This document shows, piece by piece, positions 35,301 through 49,372 of a stretch of 64,000 bases of DNA. Under the pieces are notes generated by a model that did no database searches, was not told the DNA's origin, and was given only the letters and a program-made list of their open reading frames with translations. The first letter of the stretch is position 1. The number at the start of each line of letters is the position of its first letter. Location: NCBI GenBank assembly GCA_002633005.1, contig NMRA01000296.1, forward strand, positions 62,001 through 126,000, in the 5' to 3' direction. The translations under genes were made by a program, and so were the position numbers. The stretch is from Phoronis australis. Lineage: Eukaryota > Animalia > Phoronida.

Positions 35301-38300
35301 GAAATAATTCAAAAAAACAAAACACGAGTCAAATTAAGAGTTGTACTTTTCCACCCTTCCTAGAGTGGAACTCACACGCAGTTTTTGGGCGTTTTGAGCT
35401 CACCTTAACATGTTTTTATCTTAATTTGGAGTTGCAGATTTTTCAATGCCTTCTCTAAGTAACAGCTGTGGACTCGCGATGACGACTGGAAATAATTATT
35501 TTTCTTGGAGCATCCGAACATTTTGTGCTAATCCCGGAAACAGACACTTACGAGGGTCCTGGATTTCTATAACCAGTTTGGTGCCCGTCAGTCAGTGGAA
35601 AAACTGGTTCTCAAATTGCGCGGCCCTTGTAGATGACTACTCCAATCTCGGAGCAAAACTTCTTGGCAGTACGAAACGATATTACTGCTGTTGAAATAGA
35701 TCTACAAAACCATTATACGCTTTACCTACAAAATTTTTGTTCCACTTAACCAACAAATGGTTAATTTATGAGCTATTTTAGCAATGCAGTCCTTGAGGAA
35801 CTAAAAACGCGAATGACACAAAGTAAACAATCAACCCTAGTAAATCAATTGATTTACTAGCGTGTCCCACCCGCCCCCCTCCCTCCTAGGGCACGAGCTT
35901 GCAAATTATTTGGACGTAGATATGACATTGGAATTGATATTTAGTGAGCTGGTTTATTGTAAATAACAAGACCTCTCGAGGCCCGGTGTAAAAATAAATC
36001 TGCTTTTCGTCGTACTTTTCAATTTGATTACATCTTTTTAGTCGGAAATCAAAGCCGTTGCAGAAATGTAGAACCCATGAAATGTAATTATGTTTTAACT
36101 TTCTCTATCTTCCTCCCTCCCTCTCTCCCTACGGAAGTTAGAGTATATTAATTATCTCCTGTGTAGATGTACTATATTATGCTTAAATATGAAAATATTC
36201 CACCAAATTCCTGCTATAAATTTTCACTGAAGACCCTCGGTGAATGAAGCGCATACAGTTCCTTTCTAAACAATTGGTCTAAAAGTATGTCATTAATATG
36301 TCACCTTTCTGGAAATCTGGTGTCTTCATTTTTGTCAATTGAGTACTTGCACTAAAAGACTTTGACAGAAAGTCGTATGCTGTAATAGCGTTTTATTTAT
36401 AGGCTTGGGAATTTTGAAAAATCAAAAAATGAAATCTTACCTCTCCTTTACGTTCTTGGATTTCTGTACAGTAACTCACATCATTCAGGTAACCGCGCAT
36501 GTCACGCTCACAAAAAATTGAAATAATGTTAAAAATGTTCTTTATGAACAAGATAAGGAAAACAAATAACTTAATTTCAAAAAAGTAGACCCACTTGTAT
36601 AATCAAAGCTGTAACACCTAATTAATAATTAATAATTAATAATTTGTCTCAACATTTTGGTGTTACCTGTGTTTGTGTTTGCTTTAGTTGCGTTGATAAT
36701 TGTTGTTTGGACCCAAATTTAAACTCGACGTCCGAAGGCCACGAGTGACAGTTTCCTCGACAATACTAACACGTCAATCGTGATAGCTGATAAAAGGCCG
36801 TTGAAGGCTGAAGAATGAAATTGGCGTGAACAATATCGCCTAGGTAGACATGTTTGCGACTTTAATTTCCTACGTAAATGAAACAGGGAAAAGCTTGCGT
36901 TGTGTACAATTGGTGGCAAACATGTAGATACAAGAACTATTGTTAACTGAATATAGCTCAAAATGTTAGAACTGCATTTACGGTATTCAGTACTAATAGC
37001 GCGCGTACAAAAACAACGTTTTGAGGCGCTAAAGGTTTCGGTAAGTATTCCCATCATTCTCAGACGCAGTATTTGTTTGTTACATTGTTTGTTGTTATTG
37101 TAGAGGGACATTATTGGTACTTCAGACAAAAACATTTATTTGCTTTCACCAAAGCTATAAAAAACAAAATCCGTTGAGTGTTTTTGTGATTTTGTTACAA
37201 ATCGTCAAATCTCGCCGTTGTCCAACAGACGTTCGCTGAAATCACGGCGACAGAGCGTTAATTCAGCTGCTATTGTGAAGTTAGTGGCTTCGATTTTTGA
37301 GTTACTGATTCTGCAATATTACTTATAACGCCGGACATGTCTCCTTAAGACTGATCTGATCATGACGCATAAGCAATTTGCGCTAACGATCTCCCTTCCT
37401 CGTTGCTACCACCCCCCAGCCACCCCACCCCTGCCCCCTCCCCCTCCTCTTTCTTTTCTACGAGCTGCATTTCATTTCTCACCAACTGAAATTCAATTCC
37501 TTTCTCACGTACCGCAACAACATTGTTTTTACATTCTTGCAAACAGTCTGTTCTTTGACTTTATGAAATATAACATAAAACGGAACATGGGCCTATCCGT
37601 GCAGTTTGTGGAAATAAATTACGAAATGTATTTGTTTTCCATGCCTCAAATCTTAAAGGACGCGAAAGCTCGTCAAAAATATCTTGTAAATTCCTGATGA
37701 AAGTATCATCTTGCAACGTCTAGTACAGAGTAATTCATTTTCCCTTCTGAGAACATTTCCTGAAAAATCACAAAATTCACTATGTTTGAAATACGCCCGA
37801 AGGAAAAACTCTGTGGTTACTGCAAAGTTTCTGATCTCCCTCCCGCTGATGATAAAAGCGCCCACAGTCAGTTGCTTGAAGTCGCTTGCGGTCAAAGGTC
37901 ACATTTTCCTTATAAGGGGAAACGTTTTACGTCTATGTCTTTCCATACCAAATAGGAGACGTGCTTTCCCTTGTGGGAGAAAAATCGACGAAGAGTCGAG
38001 CAGTTTTCAGATCTTTCTTTTGAAATTTGAAACTAAAAGAAAATGCTTTGATATCAACATAAATTAAACATCTTTACGAACAAACCCTGAAAATACCTGC
38101 TGAGCAGGTTAAATTCTGATTCAGTGGTAGAAACCACTTTCAATATTGCAATTTAGTCAGTTCATCGCATTCCAGGCCTCTTTAACGTTTGATTTGGGAG
38201 GCGTTTTGTGCACCAGGTTCTCTAATTTTGAAAGAAATTAACACGAAATTATTGGGGGAGTACATCATGTTTGGGTAATAAAATGCGGCACACGAGAAAA

Positions 38301-39829
38301 GAATTGGGTTCGCAAGAACTACATTGCCGTTCACCAGAAAAGAATACAGCTCGTGAAAAAATAAGAATTTTGTCAAATCTGCGCGATTTTTTTGTTGACA
38401 GTAAATCGTCGGGTCATTGAACTAGCACACATTATCTAATTTTGTCGGGATCCAGCGCATACTAAATGATTATTGGTCAGGAAGTCTCAAGATTTTTCTT
38501 GACGACAAATAGCCATGTTATTCAACCAGCACACACAATGCAATTTTTGACGTTGCAGCCAGTGCACACGATACGATTTTTTATCAGCAACTAAAAATCG
38601 TTGTCGTCATCGCTGTTCCTTCGGCAACTTATTCTACATCTTAAGACTCGCACGAAATAGCAGCTCCGCGTCGTAACGCCAGGGGCCTTTTTGAAGTTGT
38701 GTCTACTGGCAGGGGGTGACCGGGGTGAAAACTGAGATGATCTGGGGTAGTTGGAATTACTACGTCATCCAGATTTTTAAAAGTTTAGGAATGACCAAAC
38801 AGCAGTAATGAGACACTGTCAAAACGAAGGTCAATAATTACGATTCGTGTCTATTTGTAACAGTGTTTGTGATCAAGTATCAAAGGTGCTAATGGGCGCG
38901 GAACAAGATGACATTTCGCATTCCAAACCGTTGTTGCCATGGTTACGCCATGCTTACGTGTGATAGTGTACGCCTATTGTAACACAACTGACGGCGTGGT
39001 CGTGGTTGATGTACAGATTTTACAGCAATGTTGCCAGACAAATAAAGAAATTTAGGAATTTGGGGTGGTTAAATGGCAAAATAAAAATGAATACATGGGC
39101 GCGTTCCAGTACTTTGGCTAAAACAGTGTCACAGTCATTCGGGCATTATAGCTGGAGCCCTACACGTTTTACTTTTAATGCCCCAGTGAGAATCCTGCCT
39201 CTTCTTGGAGTCGCTCCTTTCTTTACACTACTTACTTGAAGCAGTAACGCTCTGGTCTTAAACAACAGATAGATTAACAAGACGAATTATTTAAATTAAT
39301 GAGGATAAACTTTTCCCGAATTCAGGAAACAAGAGTATAAGGGAGCATTTTTACCATTGTGGCGATCTTGCTAAAACTTCGGAAGTACAAGAAATATCGG
39401 CTTCGCCTTTCGAATGACATTCCCATAATTTCGCTTATATTTGTTGCAGAAAGTCACATGTATGTAATAGGAAACATATCAAGTGAATGTTGTGCATGTG
39501 CTAGAGAATACTTGACAGGTTTTGTTTTTTACCAATTCCATGAAATGAACCTCAGAGATTTTCTTCGAGTCAAAACTGTTTTGGTTTTCAGGTTATTTGA
39601 ATGCTAGCCATATTTTGTACTCAAAGTGCATTATTGGTTTTGCGACAGAAAACGCATTTTTGGGGGATTATTGTTAGATGGGATAGAAAGGAAGTCGTTA
39701 GCTTTGTTCAGAGTCGTGTATATTTTATCACCGAACGCCAATTTTCGTCGTTGTCTGCCAGACGTTTACTAAACCCAATGACTCTACCGGTTGAAACACG
39801 TAATATGCTTTAATTGTCGTCTAGAGAGT

Positions 39830-39940
39830 GAGGCTTAGCTCCTCCAGCACGGCGGTAGACTGCCACCACGGAGCTCACGGATTCGATTCTGCGCTGAGAG
39901 TGATCTCAGAAAGTCCCTTTGTTGGCCGATAATGTCTCTT
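39830..39940 (+). mobile_element. tRNA-derived SINE-like element, copy 1
   Basis: TTAGCT A-box-like start and degenerate B-box GATTCGATTC. Homologous to the reverse complement of 44765-44855. Confidence 0.55.
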
Positions 39941-40765
39941 CAGGAGCATGTTGCGGTGGGGGCCATAGCCCGCCCTAAAACTCTCCCAGATTCAATTTGG
40001 CAGTTCGGGGGTGTGGATATCTGAAGGGCAAAATCCTGGCTAGTACTCTGCCCTGCCCCCCTGACTAAAAATCCTGGATCCGACCCTGTGTTGCATTTGC
40101 GCACAATGGAGTTTTGGGAGATCTTGAAAAGCAGATGACCAAGTCGGGCGTGGCCACACTTTTTATCTTATTTTATTTTTTTCTTCAATTGTTATCGTTC
40201 ACACTTAGATGACTTTTTAGGCTTAGACTTTCCGTCGGTGAGTTGCTCCGATGCAGAACTAAATCCTGAACGCGGTGGTAGTGCGTGGTTTCTAATAATC
40301 TTGAGGAAACTTCTCGAGCATAATAAGTTTTCAAAAATGTTCACGTGACAGCTTGTCCTTTTTATTAAAATTCCTTCAAACGATAAGAAACCAACTTGTA
40401 CATAGTGTTGACTAGAGCAATAGTACGTATGTTCAAAGTTTGTAGGTTTGAAACAAAGTAATAATTATCCCACCAGTGTTAATTGCTAGTGTGGATACGT
40501 TTTGTGGATACTTTTTGTAAAATGTGTTTTAATACAGAATTTTAATATCAAACGTACAGAAATTACACGTCCACTTGTGAATTCTGACACTCGTGAGCAA
40601 TTATATCTAACACTTACACGTGATTGGTTTAAAAGTTCCATAATTAGATGATTACGTGAAATCGTTAACGTTGGACAGCAAATGAGATTCCAGCGTCGTT
40701 AATATTTAGTAGAGGTTTCTTCCACCATCCGGACATCCGAATCTCACACCTGTGAAAGCTGAAGC

Positions 40766-43700
40766 ATGTATAGCGAGAACAGCGTGCGTAAAATGACGCC
40801 TGTGTCTCACTGGCAAGAAACTTGTAACGCCACAGCCGTGAAAACATTACCCACTCCGACGTTTACAGAAAATGGCTTGCAAATGAGGCCTGCGTGCAAG
40901 AGGTACGTTCCTGAAACATTATGTGTTTTCGTGTAATTTAGTCGATCAATACTTACACCCCGAAAGTTGGATAAAAAACTCTTGGTAACGAATCTAGTCT
41001 AAAATTGTGCCAATGGTCACATGCTTCCTGGGGATCTCCAGGATCGTTCGTTGTAATAGAGTCGCACATAGAACACGTAAAAAGATTGCAAGCATAGTTA
41101 ATTTTGATAAAGAGTAACGCAGTGGAAATTTGAAATCTCCTTGTGCATTCATAGAATGCTCGTAGTTTCGATCTCTTGTCTTGTAGATCTCGAAGAGTAA
41201 TTTTATTAGAAAATTGGAAAAAGTGACACGTGCACGCACCCAGGGGGCTCGGGGTGCTCGGGAGGCTCGAACGACCTCCCCCCCCCCTCCATTTAGCGAA
41301 GTAGGCAAAAAGGTCCGCCTCAGAGAAATAAAATGTCCGAGAAAACGAGACAAATTCGACGCGAATGCGCAATTCATAGGTCTGAGCGTAGTATTTCGTT
41401 TATTTTTTTAGTCCCCCTCTTTTATTTCAGTAAAAGGTACACGTACTGAAAAATTCACGCCTCCCGGGTTCGCGCGCGTTTTGCTCCGTAACAACGAATT
41501 TACGACTACTTAAATATGATGTTTGTTTTTAACACACCAAACTCCTCCATTGGCGTTTCCCAAGCTCGTCAAAATATGTTTTAAATTGTATTTTGAGCGC
41601 TGTCTTGGAAATATCACTAATGCCTTGGTACATCTCTTTTCGTGCTGTTGTGAGTACCGAATGGTTTTGACGGTCACAAAAAACGGGGTTGGGAAATGAG
41701 GCAAGTTGACACTTTTTGTGTTCCGTGGTTATTCTGTGATCGTAATGGAACAACGGTGTAGATTGTCCAATCGACAACATTTCCAAAAATCCTCCAAAGC
41801 CAACTAATGGTATTCTATCCCAAAATCACGGTGCGATGCTTTGTACGTTGTTAATGACAGGAGATAGGCTACTGTTCATCGAGATCTGTCGGACATTTTG
41901 ACACTGAAAGAAGGGTAGTTTTGATGTTTCTTATGTCAATGTTTTTGATACTGGAAAGTAGACCAATGTCTGTAACAAAATTTCACCTTCTAAAAGTGCG
42001 AAAAAATGACGTTTCTTTGGTGTGGCGGCAGTGTCAGTAAATTACGAAGCAAATTTCCTGCACAAAGATGTCCAATTAAGTAAGGTGCAAGTTGCATCGT
42101 TAATGGAGAATAATTATCGCTTATTTAAATAGGCTATTTAACCGTACTAAGGTTCAGGTGTGGGCTAAAAATGCGTTGTTGTGCAACTGAAAACATGCGC
42201 AGTTTATGGTAAAAAATTCCCAGAGACCACTGTGCGCCAGTCAAAATTGAAACGAAGGCTTGAGTGATTTGAAATATTTGTTCAGTCAAGCGTTCCAATG
42301 GCTTGAAATGAATACCGCGACATCTCGTTGTAAAGAACTTGGTAACTTAGGTAAATAAATAAATGAAGCGCAGTGAAAACACCCCTCTTCCAAAATACAT
42401 GAAAATTAGAATGTTTCCGAAACTCGAACGCAAATATGAGAAATTAGCGAAATATTTTAATGCTAAGATTGGAATATTCTGCTGGTACGAATTCAGTTAC
42501 TGAATTTCCATTCTGTCCTATTCTACTGTATTGTATTGTATTTTTTCCCTGCTCACATTGAACAGAGAAATTATCTAAACTAAAATACTATTCACAAAAA
42601 TTACAAAGTGTGAGCGGAATATAAAAAATTATAAAAACAGCTGCTGCGGGTTAAATTTGATGAGAAATAATTTCTACTTACATATGAACAATAGTGGGTT
42701 TTGGCCATGATGAGAGGTCACTCAACTGGAATGTTGGAGTATACAAGATGGAGTTGTGGTAGATCGTTGTCAGTTGTCACATTCAATGTCATGTACTGTG
42801 ATGTGAAGTGAAGTGGACATTCTGTTACGGTATTCTGTTCTATTGTACCTGAGGATGATGTTTGCCAAAAATCGAAACGTCGGTCTCGCTGCACTCTAGC
42901 GTTGTTTTTGTTTTCAAACATATGAACACACCGATTTTCTGAATATCGTGTCATGTTTTTGTTGCAGGGACACAACTGACCACACGCCATTTCAAGCATC
43001 TCACGCCGGTGAATCAGAAAATTTCGTTACTGTGAAGTCGGAAAGGCCCTGTTCCTACCGCGGGAACTGCGACTTTGCACCCCCGGTATATCCCTGCGCG
43101 ACCCAACTTAAAGTTGAAAACAAACCAAATTACCACGTTGGTTACACCGCTGCAAGACCGAGAGAAAGCCACTGTTGCTATGACAACACGGAACAAGAGG
43201 TCAAGGAATCCAAACTAGGTAAATCCTTTTATAACATTTGAAAAGATATAAAAAAGAAAGGGTGACTCCCAATTACATATGGATACAGGTTTAAGTTAGA
43301 ATGGGGAATTCATATTCTTCATGTAAATCAAGATTGGTATTTTGAGAGACCATTCTGATAGCGCTTATTTTTCTATTTGTCAATATCAAAAATACACCGA
43401 TCACGCGCTTAAAAAATATTCAGTTTTCATATGAAAAATTGCAGCTCCCAAAGACGAGACCCAGAGTTGCAAAAATGCACTTGCTGCCATTTAAGGTTGC
43501 GCAGGACCCTAAAAAACGTCCAAATTTGGCTTTGGAACATCACATCTCAGAAATGGCTGATCGGATTAATAGGAACGTTCAGATACTGGGATTTATGCAT
43601 TGTTCTCTAAAATACTTTTAGGATTTGTTTTTAAAATGTTTCACTTTTGCAAAACGCAAGACGTATCAAACGAAAACGATATGATAATTTAGAAAGCTTA

Positions 43701-46700
43701 CATTGTTCTTGATATTTCATCTTGAACATTTGCATCAGATGAAATTTGGTCATGTTAACGAATCCGTAACATACTTTGATTATCCTTTTTTGCTAAGGCC
43801 TGGTCCAGTGACCTAATTAATAGCAAATTGATATAAAGTTGAATATCAAATGCCAAAGGCTTTCTTCTTTCAGAAAGTTTTGTTGAAAACACGACTAAAC
43901 TTTTATTAGATATTTATTATCATTGATAAACAAGTACAAAAACAAACAAACAAATAAGTACATCCACTCATTCACGCATGCGCACCTCAGGAAAGACCAT
44001 TCTCATATCTCTTATAAAGTAAACACGACTGCTACATGGAGTTAACGTGAACTATATAATTTTTCCATTTCCCAGAGAAGCTGTCATATACAAAATGTTT
44101 ATATGCAATTGATTTTTTAGCATTGTAGTACTCATAAGTATATGTAAAAAAACTTGTGAATATTAGGTATATTTTTGTGACATATCTTCTTGTAAATGTA
44201 CTGTTTGGCTAGCAATAGCAAAATGTTAAATAAGAACTGAATCCAACTTTTCAAGGGCATTTGTGACCCCAAATCCCACCACAGACTTCGTTTGTCTGTG
44301 ATCTGTGTTCCTACAACTTAAGTCGATTTTTTTCTGACCGACGGCAAAAATGTACGGATACAATTATAACATGTCAAGTTTTTTTTTGCTGCGTGTCCGC
44401 TAGCGGACAGGCAAGGAACCAGCGACGGTTTTTTGATGCAACAGTCGAGTCAATGACCAAGACAGACATTTCACGCATGGCTTGCCTGCAGTAATGTATT
44501 TTTCAGTGGACAAATATCAGTTCTGTCAAATGGACGTAAAATGTGGTTTTCCAGTATCTTAGCATTTTGTATAAACATTTTTGTCAGTTCAGTACCAGTG
44601 CTGTAGTGGGGCGTAGGCGCACGTAGGCGCAGCTAACCACCTTTTGGCATTTGAACGTAGCGCCTACGCACCGTAAGTAACGTTCAGTGCTCAAGGTGAT
44701 ACCATGGGCTTTGTGCGCCTACTTACCTCTAATTTTACCACTACAGCACTATTCAGTACGTCAAAAGTGACATTATCGGCGATGATTTTCTGAGTCCACC
44801 TCAGCGCGGATTCGAACCTGCAGTCCAACGCCCTGCTGATGAAGCTAAACCCCGTTTGATGAATGGCAGAGTATCTTAAGCGTATTTTTAAATACGCTTA
44901 AGATACTGGTTAAGTCACCTGTCTTGATTTCAGTGAATGTATGGCAGACAACGGCGAGAACTGGCGATTTGCAATAAAATCGCAAAGCACAGCGGATTTT
45001 GTTGTTCTATACCTCTGGTAAAAGCAAATCACTTCAAGAATCCAACACTAATCTCAAAAACTTGTTTTTGGCAGTAAAACCGATAATCAAGAAGATGATT
45101 GAAAATCGCTTATTAAAAATATTATATTGTTCTTCTTTGATCAACTATCGTTTTCGTGGCAATTAGCCTATGTTATTTTTATTTATCATAGTGACATGAA
45201 TTCACCAGTGAACATAGGTAACTAATTAAACGTAAAAATACGAGACAAACCCAATGTCACGTGAGCATGCAAGTCATCGTATCAACATTTGTGTACAGAC
45301 AGCCAATACAATTTTACTTAACTTCAACTTATTTTCTCTTTTTTGACTTCGTGATTCCGAGACATTGATGATACACAAAATAGAATTTACTCTTACGTAT
45401 GAGATAAATCGTTTATTGTTCTTGCTGTTCACAACATCATAGCATGAGATTGTATTCTTATATTATGTTTTGATGAGCAAGAAGGATTAACGCAAAGCTG
45501 TGTTTCGCCCTGTGGCTGAAACGAGTATCGAATTAGGCCTTTACTCTCATAAAATCTGTTTCGTAATATTCCTTATAGTGACATGATACTATTTTCGTTA
45601 CCAACAAGAACATTCGAGCAAACGCGTCAGAGTTCGCCAACCCTAAAATTGCAAAATCGAAAATGCACATTGCCTGTGACTTGATTTGCTTGTTCATTCG
45701 ACAATAATTAAAAACCTGGTGAGCGCAGTAATGTTTATAAGCCCAAAGTGCGTAGGTTGAGAGTTCAACCTTGACAGCTAAACAGGGATAAAATTCAGCT
45801 TGAATTGATTCAAAATAGAAAACGATTTCGTAAATATCGTATAACTATTAACATGTTTATGCACTTTCACACGTTATTGTGTCAATTTTCAGTTGACGTA
45901 AAGGTGCGGCCATTTTACTCGTCAAGATGTTTCCCGTCGGACTACCCGATATACTTCCCCCTATATCAGAGACGCGGATCCATGCAACTGTGGCAGTTTC
46001 TTATTACTTTGCTGGATGACCCTTCGAGCACGCAATGCATAGCGTGGACTGGGCGTGGCATGGAATTCAAGCTACTTGACCCTGAAGAGGTAATGGAAAA
46101 AACAAAAAAACAAGGGTCTTTCCCCATCCTCGCTATCATGCCTCTCTCACCCCTTCCCTCAACCCTGACAGCTGATCAACCGCTGGGGTTGTTTTTGTTG
46201 AATTTATATGAAATTGGTAATTTTAAGCATTTTAATGCTCATATGTATCAGATTTTGTTATATTATGTTAGGTGTTTCGTTGACAACCGATTAGAGGAAT
46301 GATTGGCAATTTCACATTATGAAAAACATAGAAATTTACGTTTTCTATATCGTTAACCTGTCCTGTGTTGTGTTTTCTAGATTCTTTATGGTATCATACC
46401 TATTATTATGAAGTTTAAAGTAACTATACAGGGGCAGATCTAGGATTTTGAGTTGGGGGGCACGGCACAGGAATAAACAGTATTTCACCACGTGTGCGCG
46501 TCCAGCCTAAAGCGTAGGAATGGAGGGATCTCGAAATTTTGGGTTTGTGGACCTTATTCATGCGCGCACCCAGCCTTCGATATGGGGGCGCTCGAATTCC
46601 CGACGTTGTGGACCATTCGCTAACAAAAGAGCGGGCGGACTAAAAAAAACTGGAGGACCTCTGTGTACGTATTGCGACTTTGCGCTTATTTAGTGGACTT

Positions 46701-47780
46701 TTTTCCCATTTTCTCGGGGGCGGACCTTTTTGCCCACTTCGCCANGCATGTTATTACTAAAAAAAACCGGTAAACGGGGTTTGTTCAAGGCCTATGCTTT
46801 GTGAATTCGCCCCCCCGAGCCCCCCTGGGTGCGCGCATATGCTAGTCAGCAATTCGCACCCCCAACTGCCAAATGGTACCTGGGAGAATTTTAGGGGGGG
46901 CACGGCCCCCTTGCCCTCCTCCCTAAATCCATCACTGCTATATCAGAAACTAACATATGATTCAGACCAGAACGAGAATGGTTTCCGTGCCAGGAAGGAA
47001 GAACAGACAGTTCGGTAATGCACTAGATCATGCTCCGTGCTCAAACTAACCAACAGTGACAAGTTAGCTCAATCACCGAGACTCGTCTCTACGCAATAAC
47101 GAACCTCTTTCCCAACCCATGGAACGAGTAGGGAAAAAGTCAAGGGCATTTTACTGTCAAACTTTGTGAATTACAGAAATTTTCATTTCGTAGACTACAG
47201 AACGAATGTTGTAATTTTACAGGTGGCAAGGCGGTGGGGTATACAAAAAAATCGCCCGGCAATGAACTATGACAAACTCAGTCGTTCTCTGCGCTACTAC
47301 TACGAGAAGGGCATCATGCAGAAGGTTGCAGGAGAAAGATACGTCTACAGATTTGTCTGTGACCCGCAAGCGCTATTCGCGTTGGCCTATCCTGACAGAT
47401 TGCGCCCCATGTTAAAGTGCGATAAGGACGGCAACCCGTATTATCAGAACCCGGTGCGTCAAATCGTGACAGATAGATTCGCTTGCCCATCTGAGAAAAG
47501 TCGGCCGACCGTGGCGTCATCTGGCGTCAACATGCATCCGTGTACGGAAGAACCCGTTTATTTACGTAATAAAATGTATTGGGAGCCAACGAGACAAGGA
47601 GCGAACACACACGCAAGCTATGAGCCAAGTAGACCAAAAGGCGAGCCAAGATTTGACAGTGGTGACCTCCTCGAATCGACAGTAGATAGAACTTATCTTG
47701 GCGGCCAATCATTTTCAGCGTGTTTGCAGTTCCCACCATCACAAAATCACGAGCATTGGTCCCACGGACATGCTTTTTGA
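40766..47780 (+). CDS. ETV1/4/5 (PEA3): ETS transcription factor, PEA3 subfamily (~380 aa model)
   Basis: Exons 40766-40902 (tentative), 42968-43218, 45893-46089, 47223-47780; 1143 nt, frame-consistent. ETS domain [20 protein letters not shown]...FKLLDPEE|[52 protein letters not shown] is diagnostic of PEA3. Confidence 0.88.
41227..41480 (+). mobile_element. MITE family copy (CATGCGCGCAC-type ends), degenerate
   Basis: Aligns along its length with 49119-49372 (GGGGCTCGGGG, CCATTT.GCGAAGT.GGC.AAAAGG, CAATTCATAG, AGTAAAAGG). Confidence 0.7.
44596..44751. mobile_element. hAT-type MITE with 8-bp TSD
   Basis: TIRs CAGTGCTGTAGTGG / CCACTACAGCACTA. TTCAGTAC duplicated at 44588-44595 and 44752-44759. 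Confidence 0.88.
44765..44855 (-). mobile_element. tRNA-derived SINE-like element, copy 2
   Basis: The - strand reads TTTAGCTTCATCAGCAGGGCG...GGTTCGAATCCGCGCTGAGGTGGACTCAGAAA...GCCGATAATGTC, with a perfect B-box. Confidence 0.6.
45893..46089 (+). CDS. ETV1/4/5 (PEA3): PEA3 exon: ETS domain N-half
   Basis: [12 protein letters not shown]...[17 protein letters not shown]. Splice sites tttcag| and GAG|GTAATG. Confidence 0.93.
46429..46937. mobile_element. Nested MITEs: CAGGGGCAGATC-type element containing an inverted CATGCGCGCAC-type copy (~46559-46840)
   Basis: Outer ends CAGGGGCAGATCTAGG / CCTAAATCCATCACTG. Inner ends CATGCGCGCACCCAG / CTGGGTGCGCGCAT. Confidence 0.7.
47223..47780 (+). CDS. 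ETV1/4/5 (PEA3): PEA3 last exon: ETS C-half + C-terminal tail
   Basis: [27 protein letters not shown]. Acceptor tttacag|, stop TGA at 47780. Confidence 0.93.
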   Translation: MARRWGIQKNRPAMNYDKLSRSLRYYYEKGIMQKVAGERYVYRFVCDPQALFALAYPDRLRPMLKCDKDGNPYYQNPVRQIVTDRFACPSEKSRPTVASSGVNMHPCTEEPVYLRNKMYWEPTRQGANTHASYEPSRPKGEPRFDSGDLLESTVDRTYLGGQSFSACLQFPPSQNHEHWSHGHAF

Positions 47781-49118
47781 CATTCATAAACCTTAAATGG
47801 ACAATGAACTCAATGCCAGCCTATTAACTGGAATTAAAGAGACGTTTCGCCGTCGCTTAGCTATCAATGTTGAGCTGCTAACCACCGAAGCTCTTTGGGG
47901 GTACAAAAACATTATCGCGCTCATCCGATCTTGGGTGTTGCCGAATGAGCCTGCAAGTACTCTAACAAAAAGAGAATTTTGCCACTAGCTCGATTTCGTT
48001 TTTTTTTTTTTTTGTTAGTTCAGAGAGAAATGGACTGTAAATAACGCTTTGGTCTCGAAAATCTTTAGAATAAGATATCCCGGCTTTTCTAAACTCGCCA
48101 ACATTCAAAAGTTTGGCCAAAAGCGAGTTTGAAACTCCTTTACAAAAATCTCAGTGCCAAATCGTGAAGCGTGTCTAACCTTTTGCGCGAATTATTCGGC
48201 AATTGGGCGGGAAATGATCGTTCATATCGAACCATAAATAGCGTCCGGACAGCCCTCAAACCTAGCGACAACTCGCTCTATCACTAACTTGTTCAAGGTT
48301 TTTAGTCTGTGTGTTTTGACGGCACTTAAGTTATTACAAGTGGGGTAAGTTGCACTAGTTTACAAAGCGTCCAGACAGCACTCAAGCCTAGCGACAACTC
48401 GTTCCAGGAGTAACCTGTTCTAGTTTAAGTCTGTGGACGGCACTCTGAAGACATGGGAGGTACCAATGTCATGACAGCAGGCTGGTATCACTACCAACTT
48501 TGGGTGAAATCACCATTCAGTATTCAGTTGATAACGAAATGGCTAGGCACAAGAATTTGTTTCGTGTCCCTTAGCGTACAGTCCGATTTGATGACGTATC
48601 GTAACGTAAAGCTATTACGCGTTTTATCTTGACAGTTTTCCACCGTATTGGTTCCCACTTTCATAGGGGTGATAATTTGTTAAACCTAACTACACACGAC
48701 ATCCCTAAAAATTTTTCGCCTCTGATTTAAGAGTTAAACGCCGGGTTTGAGCAATTGTGAGTTTTCTTATGTTGTGTCAATTGTATACTAGATTAAACAA
48801 TTAAATTGGTCCTAGAAATGTAAATTTGAATAATAAATTAGCTCACAAAATTCTCTTTTTTACTGTTGCGTACACAACTTTCATCCACCACGCAACCTTT
48901 CGATGACGTCGGAGACAGAAGAAGAAACATAAAAAAATGAGAATTGAATATACATGTATATTTTTAGTAGAAAACTTACATTCACCCTACAGTGAGAGAA
49001 CAACTCCACTAATTATTTAAAGGGGCGAGTCCTTTAAACTCACAATCTAAAATACAAAATATGAAGCAAGTTTCTCAAAATAGAACTATGTCTCAAGCCT
49101 TTTCGAATCATGATAAAT

Positions 49119-49372
49119 CATGCGCGCACTCAGGAGGGCTCGGGGGGATCGAACGAGACCTCCCCATTTGGCGAAGTGGGCGAAAAGGGCACCTCTGAGA
49201 AACAAAAGTCCTAAAAAGTATAAAACGCGACAATGTTCTACTAAAAAGGCAGGAATTCAGCGAATGAACAATTCATAGCTCTGAACGTACCCCGTTTTTT
49301 GTTTTTTTTTAGTAAAAGGCCCACATACTCAAAAATTCGAGCCCCCCTATTTTTAGGCTGGGTGCGCGCATG
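49119..49372 (+). mobile_element. MITE with CATGCGCGCAC TIRs
   Basis: CATGCGCGCAC...GTGCGCGCATG termini, with TAAAT on both flanks. Confidence 0.8.

Noticed and set aside
44765-44855. tRNA gene
   Set aside because: A B-box is present, but there is no complete cloverleaf and a diverged sibling exists at 39830, so it is a SINE.
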